Source: a virus. From it: 64,000 nucleotides of DNA. How positions within the stretch are numbered: the first letter of the stretch is position 1; each line of letters starts with the position of its first letter. The stretch spans positions 58,453-122,452 of IMG/VR virus record IMGVR_UViG_3300042937_000216, one strand, 5' to 3'. The notes below the pieces were generated by a model. It saw only the letters and a list, made by a program, of their open reading frames with translations. It made no database searches and was not told the origin of the DNA. Of this stretch, positions 18,801 to 28,458 are shown in pieces. Both the position numbers and the translations under genes were made by a program.

Positions 18801-18971
18801 ATGTGGAATAAAATTCGTTTTTGGTTGTATGAAAATGATCGACAACTAACATGGTTCTTCATTGGTTTATTTGTTATGTGTTTCTTTGTAGATATGGGTA
18901 AACACAACTATCCAGGCGCACTAATGGATGCTATCATTGTGGCAATAAATTATATACTACGTCCTCGCTAG
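18801..18971 (+). CDS. small membrane protein (56 aa)
   Basis: GAGGAG SD; MWNKIRFWLYENDRQLTWFFIGLFVMCFF... Confidence 0.65.
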   Translation: MWNKIRFWLYENDRQLTWFFIGLFVMCFFVDMGKHNYPGALMDAIIVAINYILRPR

Positions 18972-18989
18972 TATTAAATAGTAGTACTA

Positions 18990-20609
18990 ATGAAAACAGA
19001 CATTCAAATCAATCAATCAGCAGACCTACTACCAATTACAGCCGTTGCCGGTTCTATTAATGTACGAGACGAACAGTTAGAAGTGTATGGTAGTAGGAAA
19101 GCTAAACTAAACATAGAAGCACTTGCTGACCGTCCTGGTCGAGATAGCAAGTTAATCTTAGTAACAGCTATTACTCCGACTCCCGCAGGTGAAGGTAAAA
19201 CTACCACAACTATTGGACTAGCAGATGGCCTACGTAAGTTAAACTACAAGTCAATTGTATGCCTACGTGAACCTGCGCTAGGTCCAGTGTTTGGTATGAA
19301 AGGTGGAGCAACTGGTGGCGGCTATGCGCAAGTAGCACCAATGGAAGACATTAACCTACACTTTACAGGTGACTTCCATGCTGTCGCATCAGCTCATAAC
19401 CTACTAGCTAGCCTCATAGATAATCATTTACATTGGGGTAACAGGCTCAATTTAAACACTAACAACATCACATGGAAACGTGTAAGCGACATGAACGATC
19501 GTGCGTTACGCGACGTTTGTGTAGGTCTGGGAGCCCATAACAGCGTTACACGACAGTCAGGATTTGACATTGTAGTGGCGTCAGAAGTAATGGCTATCCT
19601 ATGTTTGGCCAACGACTTCAAGGACTTAAAAAAGCGTTTAGGTAAGATCACTGTAGGCTACACACAAGACGGTAAGCCTGTTACAGCTAAAGATCTTAAG
19701 GCACATGGTGCTATGGCCGCATTACTAAAAGAAGCCGTTAAACCTAACCTAGTACAGACCTTAGAAGGCACTCCTGCGCTAGTACACGGTGGTCCATTTG
19801 CCAACATAGCACATGGTTGTAACAGTGTTATTGCTACTAAGCTGGCTATGAAGTTAGCTGACTACGTAGTAACTGAAGCAGGCTTTGGTGCTGACTTGGG
19901 TGCTGAGAAGTTTATTAACATTAAGTGTCGTAAAAGCGGTCTTAAACCTGACGTAGTAGTGCTTGTAGCAACAGTTAGAGCCGTTAAACATCAAGGTAAC
20001 TACGACAACCTAGATAAGCATATAGCCAACATTAAGACATGGTATAACCTGCCTTGTGTAGTTGCTATTAATCGTTTTAAAGATGATACTGACCTTGAGA
20101 TTGCGGAATTAATTGAGCACATCAAAGAAACATTTGACATTGAAGCAGTTGAATGTACACACTTTGCTAATGGTGGCGATGGTGCCACAGACCTAGCACA
20201 CGAAGTTGTTATTGCTATTGATCGATCAAAACATCAGATGGCGCTGACCTACGAAGATGATGATACACTGTGCGATAAGATTGAGCAAGTAGCTCGTAAA
20301 ATTTACGGTGCTTACCATATAACTATGGATGCCAAGGTCACTAAACATTTAGAAGAACTACAACGAGATTATGGACATTATCCTGTTTGTATTGCTAAAA
20401 CACAAAGCAGTTTCAGTGATGATCCCGCTAATAAATTAGCCGCAACTGAAGGACATGTCTTAACAGTGCGTGAGTTAAAACTATGTACGGGTGCTGAGTA
20501 TATCGTAGCAGTCTGCGGTAACATTATGACCATGCCAGGCTTACCAGAACGACCAAACGCAGAAAAGATCAGTATCAATTCTAAAGGTGAGATCACAGGA
20601 TTAGATTAA
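18990..20609 (+). CDS. fhs: formate--tetrahydrofolate ligase
   Basis: [65 protein letters not shown]. Confidence 0.97.
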   Translation: MKTDIQINQSADLLPITAVAGSINVRDEQLEVYGSRKAKLNIEALADRPGRDSKLILVTAITPTPAGEGKTTTTIGLADGLRKLNYKSIVCLREPALGPVFGMKGGATGGGYAQVAPMEDINLHFTGDFHAVASAHNLLASLIDNHLHWGNRLNLNTNNITWKRVSDMNDRALRDVCVGLGAHNSVTRQSGFDIVVASEVMAILCLANDFKDLKKRLGKITVGYTQDGKPVTAKDLKAHGAMAALLKEAVKPNLVQTLEGTPALVHGGPFANIAHGCNSVIATKLAMKLADYVVTEAGFGADLGAEKFINIKCRKSGLKPDVVVLVATVRAVKHQGNYDNLDKHIANIKTWYNLPCVVAINRFKDDTDLEIAELIEHIKETFDIEAVECTHFANGGDGATDLAHEVVIAIDRSKHQMALTYEDDDTLCDKIEQVARKIYGAYHITMDAKVTKHLEELQRDYGHYPVCIAKTQSSFSDDPANKLAATEGHVLTVRELKLCTGAEYIVAVCGNIMTMPGLPERPNAEKISINSKGEITGLD

Positions 20610-20667
20610 ATATTTTTGTAATACTCCATCATACGCTATTGTCTAGCTCCTAGTGTGATGGATCTTT

Positions 20668-20700
20668 AAGCCCAAGTGGAAACATTTGGGCTTCTTTTTC
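20668..20700 (+). terminator. Rho-independent terminator
   Basis: AAGCCCAAGTG-GAAA-CATTTGGGCTT followed by CTTTTT. Confidence 0.8.
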
Positions 20701-20737
20701 TCTTGCTATTCAGAACTAAAGAAGGTATACTAATAGT

Positions 20738-21862
20738 ATGTTAAGCTATCATCATGTCGAAGACTACTTAGAATACCTAGCAGGATACGATCCCGGTAGT
20801 CAAGCCATGTGGATCACACCCGTGCGTAAAATTAGTCTTGCTCGATATGATGTACAGATTGTAGACAGCATGGCCAATAATACATTATTTGGTTCAGCGT
20901 TAACTGATCGTCAAGGCGAGCTAGTGATCAAACTGATACTTAAATATCGTAGGCAATTTACCAACAACGGTATTGACATTACTCCTGTAGAAAACCCACA
21001 GTTCAGAATGCCAGTGCGTAAAATTGATCGTAGTAGATCAATTTGGATTGAAGACGATATTATCAAACTAAAGTTTCCCTACAATCAAGATTACATACAA
21101 CAGATACGAGAGTTTAAAGACTCAAGTCAAGGATCTGCTCGCTGGGACAATGATAAAAAATTGTGGGCTGTGGCAATTACTGAATACAATGTCAACTGGC
21201 TAGTAAGTTGGGCACAGAGTAATCAATTTGAAGTATCACAAGGCCTGCTGGCGTTAATGGATCAAATACTAAAGGCAGAACAGAAACCATACGAAATCAA
21301 ATTAGTTAAAACAGCAGATGGATACACTGTCACTAATGCTGCTAAGAGCCTATTAGAATATATTAAACGTTATGATAACGACCCGATTAAACTAGTAGAT
21401 GCTTCGGGCGTGTTGTGCTACACAGTTGATGCCGACATATTAGAACAGTGTTCGATTGATTACGGTCCGGCATTAGAATATATCGGCACCAGACACAATG
21501 TACACCTGAGCCCAGTTACTGATGCTGGGTATTGGGATTGGGTACTAGACTATGCTGAACTAACACAGCGTTATCCAATATGCGTATATGACCCAGGCAT
21601 GTCCACAGAATTAGATTTGAGTAGATTTAGTCAAGACGACATTGTTTATTTTGATCATAATGGCAAAACTAAGACTAGCAATTATAACCCATATGGTGTT
21701 AAAGTAGTATATGCTCGTAGAATTCCTAAGTGTTGGGACTTTCCGGTGCCTTTACTTGTCAGCACTGCCGAAATGATGTTTGGCGGCAAACGACTAGAAT
21801 GGTTAAACAAAGCAGAGAAGATAGTGTACCTAACCAACACTATTATAAATGAGAAAAACTAA
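20738..21862 (+). CDS. hypothetical protein with a possible HARP-like domain
   Basis: F.Y....I..I.......RWD...K.W pattern; leaderless promoter TTGCTA-N17-TATACT-N6-ATG; coupled to the helicase. Confidence 0.65.
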   Translation: MLSYHHVEDYLEYLAGYDPGSQAMWITPVRKISLARYDVQIVDSMANNTLFGSALTDRQGELVIKLILKYRRQFTNNGIDITPVENPQFRMPVRKIDRSRSIWIEDDIIKLKFPYNQDYIQQIREFKDSSQGSARWDNDKKLWAVAITEYNVNWLVSWAQSNQFEVSQGLLALMDQILKAEQKPYEIKLVKTADGYTVTNAAKSLLEYIKRYDNDPIKLVDASGVLCYTVDADILEQCSIDYGPALEYIGTRHNVHLSPVTDAGYWDWVLDYAELTQRYPICVYDPGMSTELDLSRFSQDDIVYFDHNGKTKTSNYNPYGVKVVYARRIPKCWDFPVPLLVSTAEMMFGGKRLEWLNKAEKIVYLTNTIINEKN

Positions 21863-23319
21863 TGGCCACAGCTAGACTATTAATTAAAGATGAAGTGAAC
21901 GTAAAGATTGAAGGCTTAGATCTACACGAACGTAAAGAACTCAGTAACAAGTTCAAATATGAAATACCTGGTGCTAGATATTTGCCCGCAGTTCGTTTGG
22001 GTCGTTGGGATGGTAAGGTAGCGTACTTCCAAATGGGCGGTAGCACATACATTAATCTACTCAATGACATTATACCCTATTTAGACAGTCGTGGTTATAA
22101 CATTGAAATTGAAGATGTTAGAGATTATCGTACACAGTTTGATTTCCAACAGGTAACAGAGAGTACATTCGCACACAAGGTATGGCCCGAGAAACACCCA
22201 ATGGTAGGACAGCCTATTACCCTACGTGACTATCAAATTGACATTGTCAATAACTTCTTAACCAATCCACAGTGTATACAAGAAATTGCCACAGGTGCTG
22301 GTAAAACAATCATGACAGCCGCACTAAGTTATAGCTGTGAAGCCTATGGGCGTACAATCGTCATTGTACCAAACAAAAGCCTAGTAACACAAACAGAAGC
22401 AGACTATATTAACCTAGGCCTAGACGTTGGCGTATACTTTGGTGATCGTAAAGAGTTTGGTCGTACACATACTATCTGTACTTGGCAGAGTCTAAACATT
22501 CTATTAAAGAATACCAAAGGTGGTGAAGCAGATGTTACTATCGGTGAGTTCATTGAGGGTGTTGTCTGTGTAATGGTTGACGAAGTACACATGGCCAAAG
22601 CAGATGCGCTTAAGACCTTGCTCACTGGAGTAATGTCACACATACCAATTCGTTGGGGCCTAACTGGTACCATACCCAAAGAGCCATATGAGCAGGTTAG
22701 TCTACTGTGTAGTCTTGGCCCTGTGATAGGTAAACTCAGTGCTAGTGAACTACAAGAACAGGGTGTGTTGGCCAACTGTCATGTGAATATACTACAGTTA
22801 ATTGATCATGTAGAGTACAAGGACTATCAAAGCGAGTTACGCTATCTATTAGAAACAGAAGGTAGACTAGACTACATCGCACAGCTGGTAGAAAGCATAC
22901 GCAAGACAGGCAACACATTGGTATTAGTTGATCGTATAGCACCAGGTAAGGCATTGATTGAAAAGATTAGAGGTGCTGTGTTTGTTTCTGGGGGAACTAA
23001 AGCAGATGATAGAAAAGAAAGCTATGATGAGTTTGCCACAAGTGATGACGTGGTTGCTGTGGCCACTTACGGTGTTGCGGCAGTGGGTATTAATATTCCT
23101 CGTATTTTTAATCTTGTACTTATCGAACCTGGTAAGAGTTTTGTCAGGGTTATTCAAAGCATTGGACGTGGTATTCGTAAAGCAGAAGATAAAGACTTTG
23201 TTCAGATCTGGGACGTAACATCAACATGTAAATTTGCCAAACGGCATATTACAACACGTAAGAAATTTTACAACGAAGCAAACTATCCGTTTGTGGTTGA
23301 AAAGGTAGATTGGCAGTGA
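21862..23319 (+). CDS. uvsW: UvsW-like superfamily 2 DNA helicase
   Basis: WDGK, LRDYQ, ATGAGKT, VDEVH, GLTGT, QSIGRGIRK. Confidence 0.9.
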   Translation: MATARLLIKDEVNVKIEGLDLHERKELSNKFKYEIPGARYLPAVRLGRWDGKVAYFQMGGSTYINLLNDIIPYLDSRGYNIEIEDVRDYRTQFDFQQVTESTFAHKVWPEKHPMVGQPITLRDYQIDIVNNFLTNPQCIQEIATGAGKTIMTAALSYSCEAYGRTIVIVPNKSLVTQTEADYINLGLDVGVYFGDRKEFGRTHTICTWQSLNILLKNTKGGEADVTIGEFIEGVVCVMVDEVHMAKADALKTLLTGVMSHIPIRWGLTGTIPKEPYEQVSLLCSLGPVIGKLSASELQEQGVLANCHVNILQLIDHVEYKDYQSELRYLLETEGRLDYIAQLVESIRKTGNTLVLVDRIAPGKALIEKIRGAVFVSGGTKADDRKESYDEFATSDDVVAVATYGVAAVGINIPRIFNLVLIEPGKSFVRVIQSIGRGIRKAEDKDFVQIWDVTSTCKFAKRHITTRKKFYNEANYPFVVEKVDWQ

Positions 23320-24032
23320 CAACCTTAGTAGCCTGTGGATGTAGTTTTTTAACTACTAGTTATTTTAAGTACCGAGAGATACAGGGCAGTGACTGGCCAA
23401 AATTTGATACCTACGATTTTACTGCTAGTGTGTTAGATGAAATGGCAGAGTTTAATTACTCACACAATGTGAATTTTGTTGATCTATATGCTGTAGATAA
23501 ACAATGGGATTATATCAATTTGGCCAGTCCAGGCGCAACTAATTTTTTTATTAGACTACAAATTGAAGAAGCAGTAAAAATCAAACCTGACTATGTCGTT
23601 GTGGCTGCTACTAGTTCAGATAGATTTGAAATACCCTTAGGTCAATTTGAATATGCCAGATTAACTAAGAACTATAACGAACTTAATAATACTGTTAGTT
23701 CAAAAATGACAGACTGCTATGACCTAACCAAAGAAAAAGAAACAGCAATTAAACATTATACTAGCCAGCTGTTTGATATAGGACTATTAGAAGCAAAAAG
23801 TTATTTTTACCTTCAAAGCGGATTAGATCTATTAGAGAAAAATAATATACCCTATGTATTCATACCGGGTCCAATGAAACATAAAGATTGGCAGGGTAGA
23901 GATATTATTTGGGAAGATACTGGCCCTTGGGATTTACCTTACGGTCTTGCCAAAAACAATAACCATAATGCGTTGGCGGCACACCAAGAGTTCTTACAGA
24001 CTCTTAACGAACTTACTATTAACTGGAACTAA
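23310..24032 (+). CDS. hypothetical protein, SGNH-hydrolase-like
   Basis: CGCSF block I-like motif, NLA.PGATN, late His (NNHN..AH). Confidence 0.5.
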   Translation: MAVTTLVACGCSFLTTSYFKYREIQGSDWPKFDTYDFTASVLDEMAEFNYSHNVNFVDLYAVDKQWDYINLASPGATNFFIRLQIEEAVKIKPDYVVVAATSSDRFEIPLGQFEYARLTKNYNELNNTVSSKMTDCYDLTKEKETAIKHYTSQLFDIGLLEAKSYFYLQSGLDLLEKNNIPYVFIPGPMKHKDWQGRDIIWEDTGPWDLPYGLAKNNNHNALAAHQEFLQTLNELTINWN

Positions 24033-24034
24033 CT

Positions 24035-24535
24035 ATGTACATACTAACATTAGAAAATCAAGCATATGAGATGAATGAAATACCAGACGAGATCGATGAT
24101 CTACGTTTTGCTATATTAGATAACAGTGATCCAAAGAATCCAGACTATTTCTTTATTCCCTTGATCTTCTTAGAAAGTTTCAACAGTCCGGCATTGGTCC
24201 TAAACATTGGCGGCAACCTAATTAAAATGCCTGCGGACTGGCAGGTACTAATCGGTGAGCCAGACTTTGGGGACCTAGAAGTTATCCCATTAACATCAAT
24301 TAATGACCGTGGCTTTAGTGTGTTTACATTCAATCCATTAGACAGCTTTAAACCTAAGTTTGAACCAATTGAGATAGTGGATATCTATCAAGATGTCAAA
24401 TGGTATTTCCCTAAACTTAAGCCAGGGCAGATGTTAGCAGTGCCAATTAACGAAAGTGAACACCCTATGTGTGCTTACTTTGTCAAAGACATTAGCCGTC
24501 AAAGTGAAGTAGTAGACTACGGTAAGATATGGTAA
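24035..24535 (+). CDS. conserved hypothetical phage protein
   Basis: 166-aa ORF in the replication block; DYFFIPLIFLESF, KWYFPKLK. Confidence 0.75.
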   Translation: MYILTLENQAYEMNEIPDEIDDLRFAILDNSDPKNPDYFFIPLIFLESFNSPALVLNIGGNLIKMPADWQVLIGEPDFGDLEVIPLTSINDRGFSVFTFNPLDSFKPKFEPIEIVDIYQDVKWYFPKLKPGQMLAVPINESEHPMCAYFVKDISRQSEVVDYGKIW

Positions 24536-24753
24536 TCAAACTTAATCCCGCTGTGATAACGGACGACATGATGTACGAAGGTGGCGTAGAACCCCTGGAC
24601 AGCGTGCCAGAATATACCCCAATAGCACAAATAAAAGAAGATAAATTATGGGGTGAAATTCGTCGTGCGGCTCGGACAAATAAGACTTTACAAACCGCAC
24701 TTGATCATGCTATAATGATATATAAGTTAAGCGAGGAATATAAAAATGTTTAA
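24529..24753 (+). CDS. hypothetical protein
   Basis: Coupled ORF; LWGEIRRAARTN.TLQ.AL. Confidence 0.65.
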   Translation: MVIKLNPAVITDDMMYEGGVEPLDSVPEYTPIAQIKEDKLWGEIRRAARTNKTLQTALDHAIMIYKLSEEYKNV

Positions 24754-24982
24754 CCCAGAACAATTTAAAGCAAAGAAAAAGCGAGCAGTTGATCCTAATG
24801 CTCCGCCGCGTCCTAACCTATTAAGTCAGGATAAAAAGCTACGTGAGCAACAGGATGTAGTAGTACGCTTACAAATGATGATTAAAGACCAAGCGGAAGA
24901 AATTGCCAAACTAAAGAACAAGTACACTGACATGCAGGCCAGTGTTAATCAAATTTTAAATGTATTGCGCAAAGGTAGATAA
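24746..24982 (+). CDS. coiled-coil hypothetical protein
   Basis: Basic N-terminus and heptad-rich C-terminus; GAGGA SD. Confidence 0.7.
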   Translation: MFNPEQFKAKKKRAVDPNAPPRPNLLSQDKKLREQQDVVVRLQMMIKDQAEEIAKLKNKYTDMQASVNQILNVLRKGR

Positions 24983-25458
24983 TGGCCACAGATTTTAACA
25001 GTCCGCTTTACATAGGTAATGAAATGGCGGCCTTTGATCGTAAGGATCGTAAGTACTATGATAAGTTCACTGATGAAGAACGTAAACAGTTTAGCACGTA
25101 TCTAATGTTGCGCTATGGTGCTAGTGTAGAAGGTAGTAATGATCTACAGGCCTACTATCTAATGGCCACAAATGAACGTGTAAATAAGAACTTCTTTGAT
25201 CTAGGCAAACATCCTAAACTACAGTGGTTACTATGTTCTACAGTTAGTCCCGGCATGGGCAAGCAAAAGCACTACTGGCAGGCTAGTAAAAAGAAAGAAG
25301 GCGGCAATAACAAAGCAGAAAAGTTCCTAGCAGAACTTTATCCAGAACTTAAACAAGATGAAATAGAATTGTTAGCGGCAATCAATGATAAAAGAGATAT
25401 TACAGACCTGGCAAGAAAACACGGGCTCGATGACAAACAAGTCAAGTCCAAGTTATAA
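24982..25458 (+). CDS. putative clamp loader small subunit (T4 gp62-like)
   Basis: F..YL..R..S, N.....F..L..H..LQW and basic W...KKK pattern reminiscent of gp62; replication context. Confidence 0.55.
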   Translation: MATDFNSPLYIGNEMAAFDRKDRKYYDKFTDEERKQFSTYLMLRYGASVEGSNDLQAYYLMATNERVNKNFFDLGKHPKLQWLLCSTVSPGMGKQKHYWQASKKKEGGNNKAEKFLAELYPELKQDEIELLAAINDKRDITDLARKHGLDDKQVKSKL

Positions 25459-26128
25459 GTGTAGATATTGCGATAAAGAGTTTCGTAAAGAATCTACTCT
25501 TTCGGCGCATCTTTGTGAAACTAAACGTCGTTACCAACAGGAAAAAGAAATTGGTGTACAGTTTGGGCTACAGGCATATCTACGATTTTATGAAATGACA
25601 CAGGGTTCAGCTAAACTCAAAGGCTATAAGGAATTTGTAGACAGTCCTTACTACAGTGCCTTTGTTAAGTTTGGTCGTCACATGGTGGCTATACGTGCTG
25701 TGAATCCGCGTATGTTCATTGAGTATGTGATTAAAGAAAATAAGAAACTTGACCATTGGTGTCATGACAAGGTCTATGTAGAATATCTACACACATACCT
25801 TAAGAAAGAAGCAGTTCAAGATGCGATTGAACGTGCCCTAACAGAAATGCAGGAATATACAGATGAGACTAAAATGCTTGCCAGCTTCAATGACTATTTT
25901 AGATATGGCAATGAGAATAGGATTTGCCATCATATTGCCAATGGTCGTGTTAGTCCTTGGATTGTTTTTAATTGTGATAGCGGGGTCGAATTTCTTAGTG
26001 GACTCACTGAAGAACAGATTGCTATCATTCTTCCGTGGATAGACCCGGACTTTTGGCAACGTAGGTTCCAAGACTATCTGGCAGATACAGAGTGGGTTAA
26101 ACAAATTCTTAAAGAGGCAGGCTTATAA
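25430..26128 (+). CDS. Zn-finger-containing hypothetical protein
   Basis: YKCRYCDKEFRKESTLSAHLC (C2H-C finger); ATG 25430 preferred over 25385. Confidence 0.7.
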   Translation: MTNKSSPSYKCRYCDKEFRKESTLSAHLCETKRRYQQEKEIGVQFGLQAYLRFYEMTQGSAKLKGYKEFVDSPYYSAFVKFGRHMVAIRAVNPRMFIEYVIKENKKLDHWCHDKVYVEYLHTYLKKEAVQDAIERALTEMQEYTDETKMLASFNDYFRYGNENRICHHIANGRVSPWIVFNCDSGVEFLSGLTEEQIAIILPWIDPDFWQRRFQDYLADTEWVKQILKEAGL

Positions 26129-26319
26129 TGGAAGAAGTTGTAGCATTATTGAATGAAATCAAGGGCGAGATAATTAGCCTACAAACTGAATTGTTGTTGG
26201 TGAAGTTTGCTATTGAAGAAGTAGAACGCCGTACAGAATATATTTCAGAGAATTTACATCTAGCACAGGACAATGCTCCTATGACAGCTCAAGGAAAGTT
26301 ACGTGTTGAAAAGTTTTAA
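26128..26319 (+). CDS. small coiled-coil hypothetical protein
   Basis: Coupled 63-aa ORF. Confidence 0.55.
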   Translation: MEEVVALLNEIKGEIISLQTELLLVKFAIEEVERRTEYISENLHLAQDNAPMTAQGKLRVEKF

Positions 26320-26893
26320 GTCCGACGTTGACATTGACTTTGCTGATCGTGAGCAGGTATTGGCAGTATTAGATACTACATCGGCTAGTATTATTCGTGA
26401 CGGCAAGTTAACCAAGCATAACACAGGTGTCTATGCTACTGATATACCTACAGATCCGTTTACAGGATTCTCTAGTTTAGATTATAACGATGCTGAAGAG
26501 CGTGGTTATATGAAGTTAGACTTTCTTAATGTAAACTTATATAAACAGGTTAGGGATGAAGCACATCTAGTTGAACTAATGCGTGAACCTGATTGGGCTA
26601 GATTATATGATCCGGCAATATGTCAGCAGTTAATTCACATTAACAATCACTATGATACATTACTTAAAATGCCTGAGCCTGTGGATACTATTCCTAGACT
26701 GGCTATGTTCCTAGCAGTTATTCGTCCAGCTAAAAGACATTTAATTGGTAAGACTTGGCGAGATGTTGCGGCTGATGTGTGGACTAAACCTGCGGATGAT
26801 GGATACTACTTCAAACGTGCCCATGCCGTTTCCTACGCACAACTTGTAGTCGTTAATATGAATTTATTAGTAGAACAACAAACGCAATCATAG
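26303..26893 (+). CDS. miniature DNA polymerase III alpha (C-family) catalytic-core-like protein
   Basis: SDVDIDF, KHNTGVY, GYMKLDFL, LA.IRP, YYFKRAHAVSYA occur in DnaE order within only 196 aa. Confidence 0.8.
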   Translation: MLKSFKSDVDIDFADREQVLAVLDTTSASIIRDGKLTKHNTGVYATDIPTDPFTGFSSLDYNDAEERGYMKLDFLNVNLYKQVRDEAHLVELMREPDWARLYDPAICQQLIHINNHYDTLLKMPEPVDTIPRLAMFLAVIRPAKRHLIGKTWRDVAADVWTKPADDGYYFKRAHAVSYAQLVVVNMNLLVEQQTQS

Positions 26894-26928
26894 CGTGTGC
26901 TTTTTTAATTATTATACTAAATAATAGT

Positions 26929-27549
26929 ATGATAACATATCCAAGAAAGTGTCCTGTATGTGAATACATAGCAAATAATCCTGCTATGTATTCGTACCAT
27001 AAACAAACTCATCAATCTATTCCAGCAGATACCTTATGTCATTTTGGCTGCGGTAATACAGCTACCCATCGAAATACTGGCGGCAAGTATACTTGCAAAT
27101 CAAAATATCAAGAGTGCCCTTCTTATATAGATCAATTAAGTAATCGAACAAAGAAAAGTTGGGAAGGCGCTATTAAAAGAAAAGAAGAAACAAAAAAATG
27201 TTTCTATGAGCATTGTAGCGGAAACGAAATTGCTCGCAAAAAAGCAAAACAGTCTATTAAAGAAAAATGGGGAGATTTTACCCCAGAACAAATGAAAGAT
27301 TTTAGGCAATATGCTAGACGTATTAGAGTTAGAGCACAGCGATGGGCAAAAGCACAAGGATATAGTTTAGGTCAGCGAACATATCATGTTGATCATAAGT
27401 TTAGTATATGGGATTCATGGTTGGCTAGTCTGCCAGAAAGTGTAGTAAATCATCCTGCCAATTTAAGAATTTTAGAAGCGAATGAAAATTCATCTAAAGG
27501 TGCTAAGAGTTTATACACTCTTGAAGAACTATTAATGTTAACTAACTAA
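26929..27549 (+). CDS. HNH endonuclease with Zn-binding N-terminal modules
   Basis: CPVC, CHFGCG, YHVDHKFS...NHPANLRIL...NSSKG; own TAAATA promoter at 26918. Confidence 0.8.
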   Translation: MITYPRKCPVCEYIANNPAMYSYHKQTHQSIPADTLCHFGCGNTATHRNTGGKYTCKSKYQECPSYIDQLSNRTKKSWEGAIKRKEETKKCFYEHCSGNEIARKKAKQSIKEKWGDFTPEQMKDFRQYARRIRVRAQRWAKAQGYSLGQRTYHVDHKFSIWDSWLASLPESVVNHPANLRILEANENSSKGAKSLYTLEELLMLTN

Positions 27550-27920
27550 CCTACTTTGCGAATCAGTGTAATACTACGGCGCTTACTGCGTTTCTGAGCT
27601 ATTTCTTTTAGACTAACGTAAGGGCCGTGCTGTATAAGAACGTCCTTGCTGTTGAATGTTTTTAAACAGGGTCTAAACTCTACCCAATCTAATTTTAGAA
27701 ATACATTGATAGGCACTAGCCTATTACTTTCCCACCACCACTGATCTGCCAGCGACAAAAAACGTTCTTTTTGATCTAGCGTGCGTAGAGCTGAAAAATC
27801 GTAGATTGTAGTGATGATCTCATCTGCGTTTTGTACAATGCCAATGTAGTCATTACCTCCGTAGGTCAGATAGCTAATAAATGGGTATTGGTCTAATAAA
27901 TTCTTGTAACTATCTTCCAT
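27546..27920 (-). CDS. conserved hypothetical phage protein
   Basis: YIGIVQN, WWWESNR..P.N.FL. Confidence 0.75.
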   Translation of the reverse strand: MEDSYKNLLDQYPFISYLTYGGNDYIGIVQNADEIITTIYDFSALRTLDQKERFLSLADQWWWESNRLVPINVFLKLDWVEFRPCLKTFNSKDVLIQHGPYVSLKEIAQKRSKRRSITLIRKVG

Positions 27921-27957
27921 ACGACTCGCGATAAATACTCTAAAGGATCAAGCAAAA

Positions 27958-28458
27958 GTGCCTGTAATCACAAGTTATTTATATCAGAATATTTTCACTG
28001 TTCAGATTTTGGACTATAACGATCCTGCCATTTCTGACAGAAGGAACAACATCGTGTATCAAAGACCAATCGAAATTTATCGCGGGGCAGATAACCCTAT
28101 TGTTATCAAATTTAAGAACCAAGATCAAAAGACGGCTAATATTGCTGGATTGACATTTAGTGGTTACATTATTGATTATTTGAAAGGCAATGTTGTATCA
28201 AACGTGAGTGTAACGGTTAGTAATGTCAGCACAGCTACAGCAAATTGTATGCTGACTAGTGATTTTATTAACACACTACCGCAGAGCAGATACAAACTTG
28301 CGTTCCTAAAATACAATGGTGTACATGAAACACCTACTTATAGTGATGATAACTATGGCGTCTATGCTGAACTAAGAATTAATCCAGCATTTGAAACAGA
28401 CGCATTTACATCAAGCACTACAGACTACAGTGGCAACGTTGACCTAGGTATAATATAA
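27958..28458 (+). CDS. putative virion structural or adaptor protein
   Basis: TAAATA at 27932; IYRG.DN.I...KN.DQK; precedes the fibre gene. Confidence 0.6.
   Translation: MPVITSYLYQNIFTVQILDYNDPAISDRRNNIVYQRPIEIYRGADNPIVIKFKNQDQKTANIAGLTFSGYIIDYLKGNVVSNVSVTVSNVSTATANCMLTSDFINTLPQSRYKLAFLKYNGVHETPTYSDDNYGVYAELRINPAFETDAFTSSTTDYSGNVDLGII

Noticed and set aside
18596-18907. 103-aa minus-strand ORF from the track
   Set aside because: The + strand is tiled by small ORFs with clear SDs; this is their antisense shadow.
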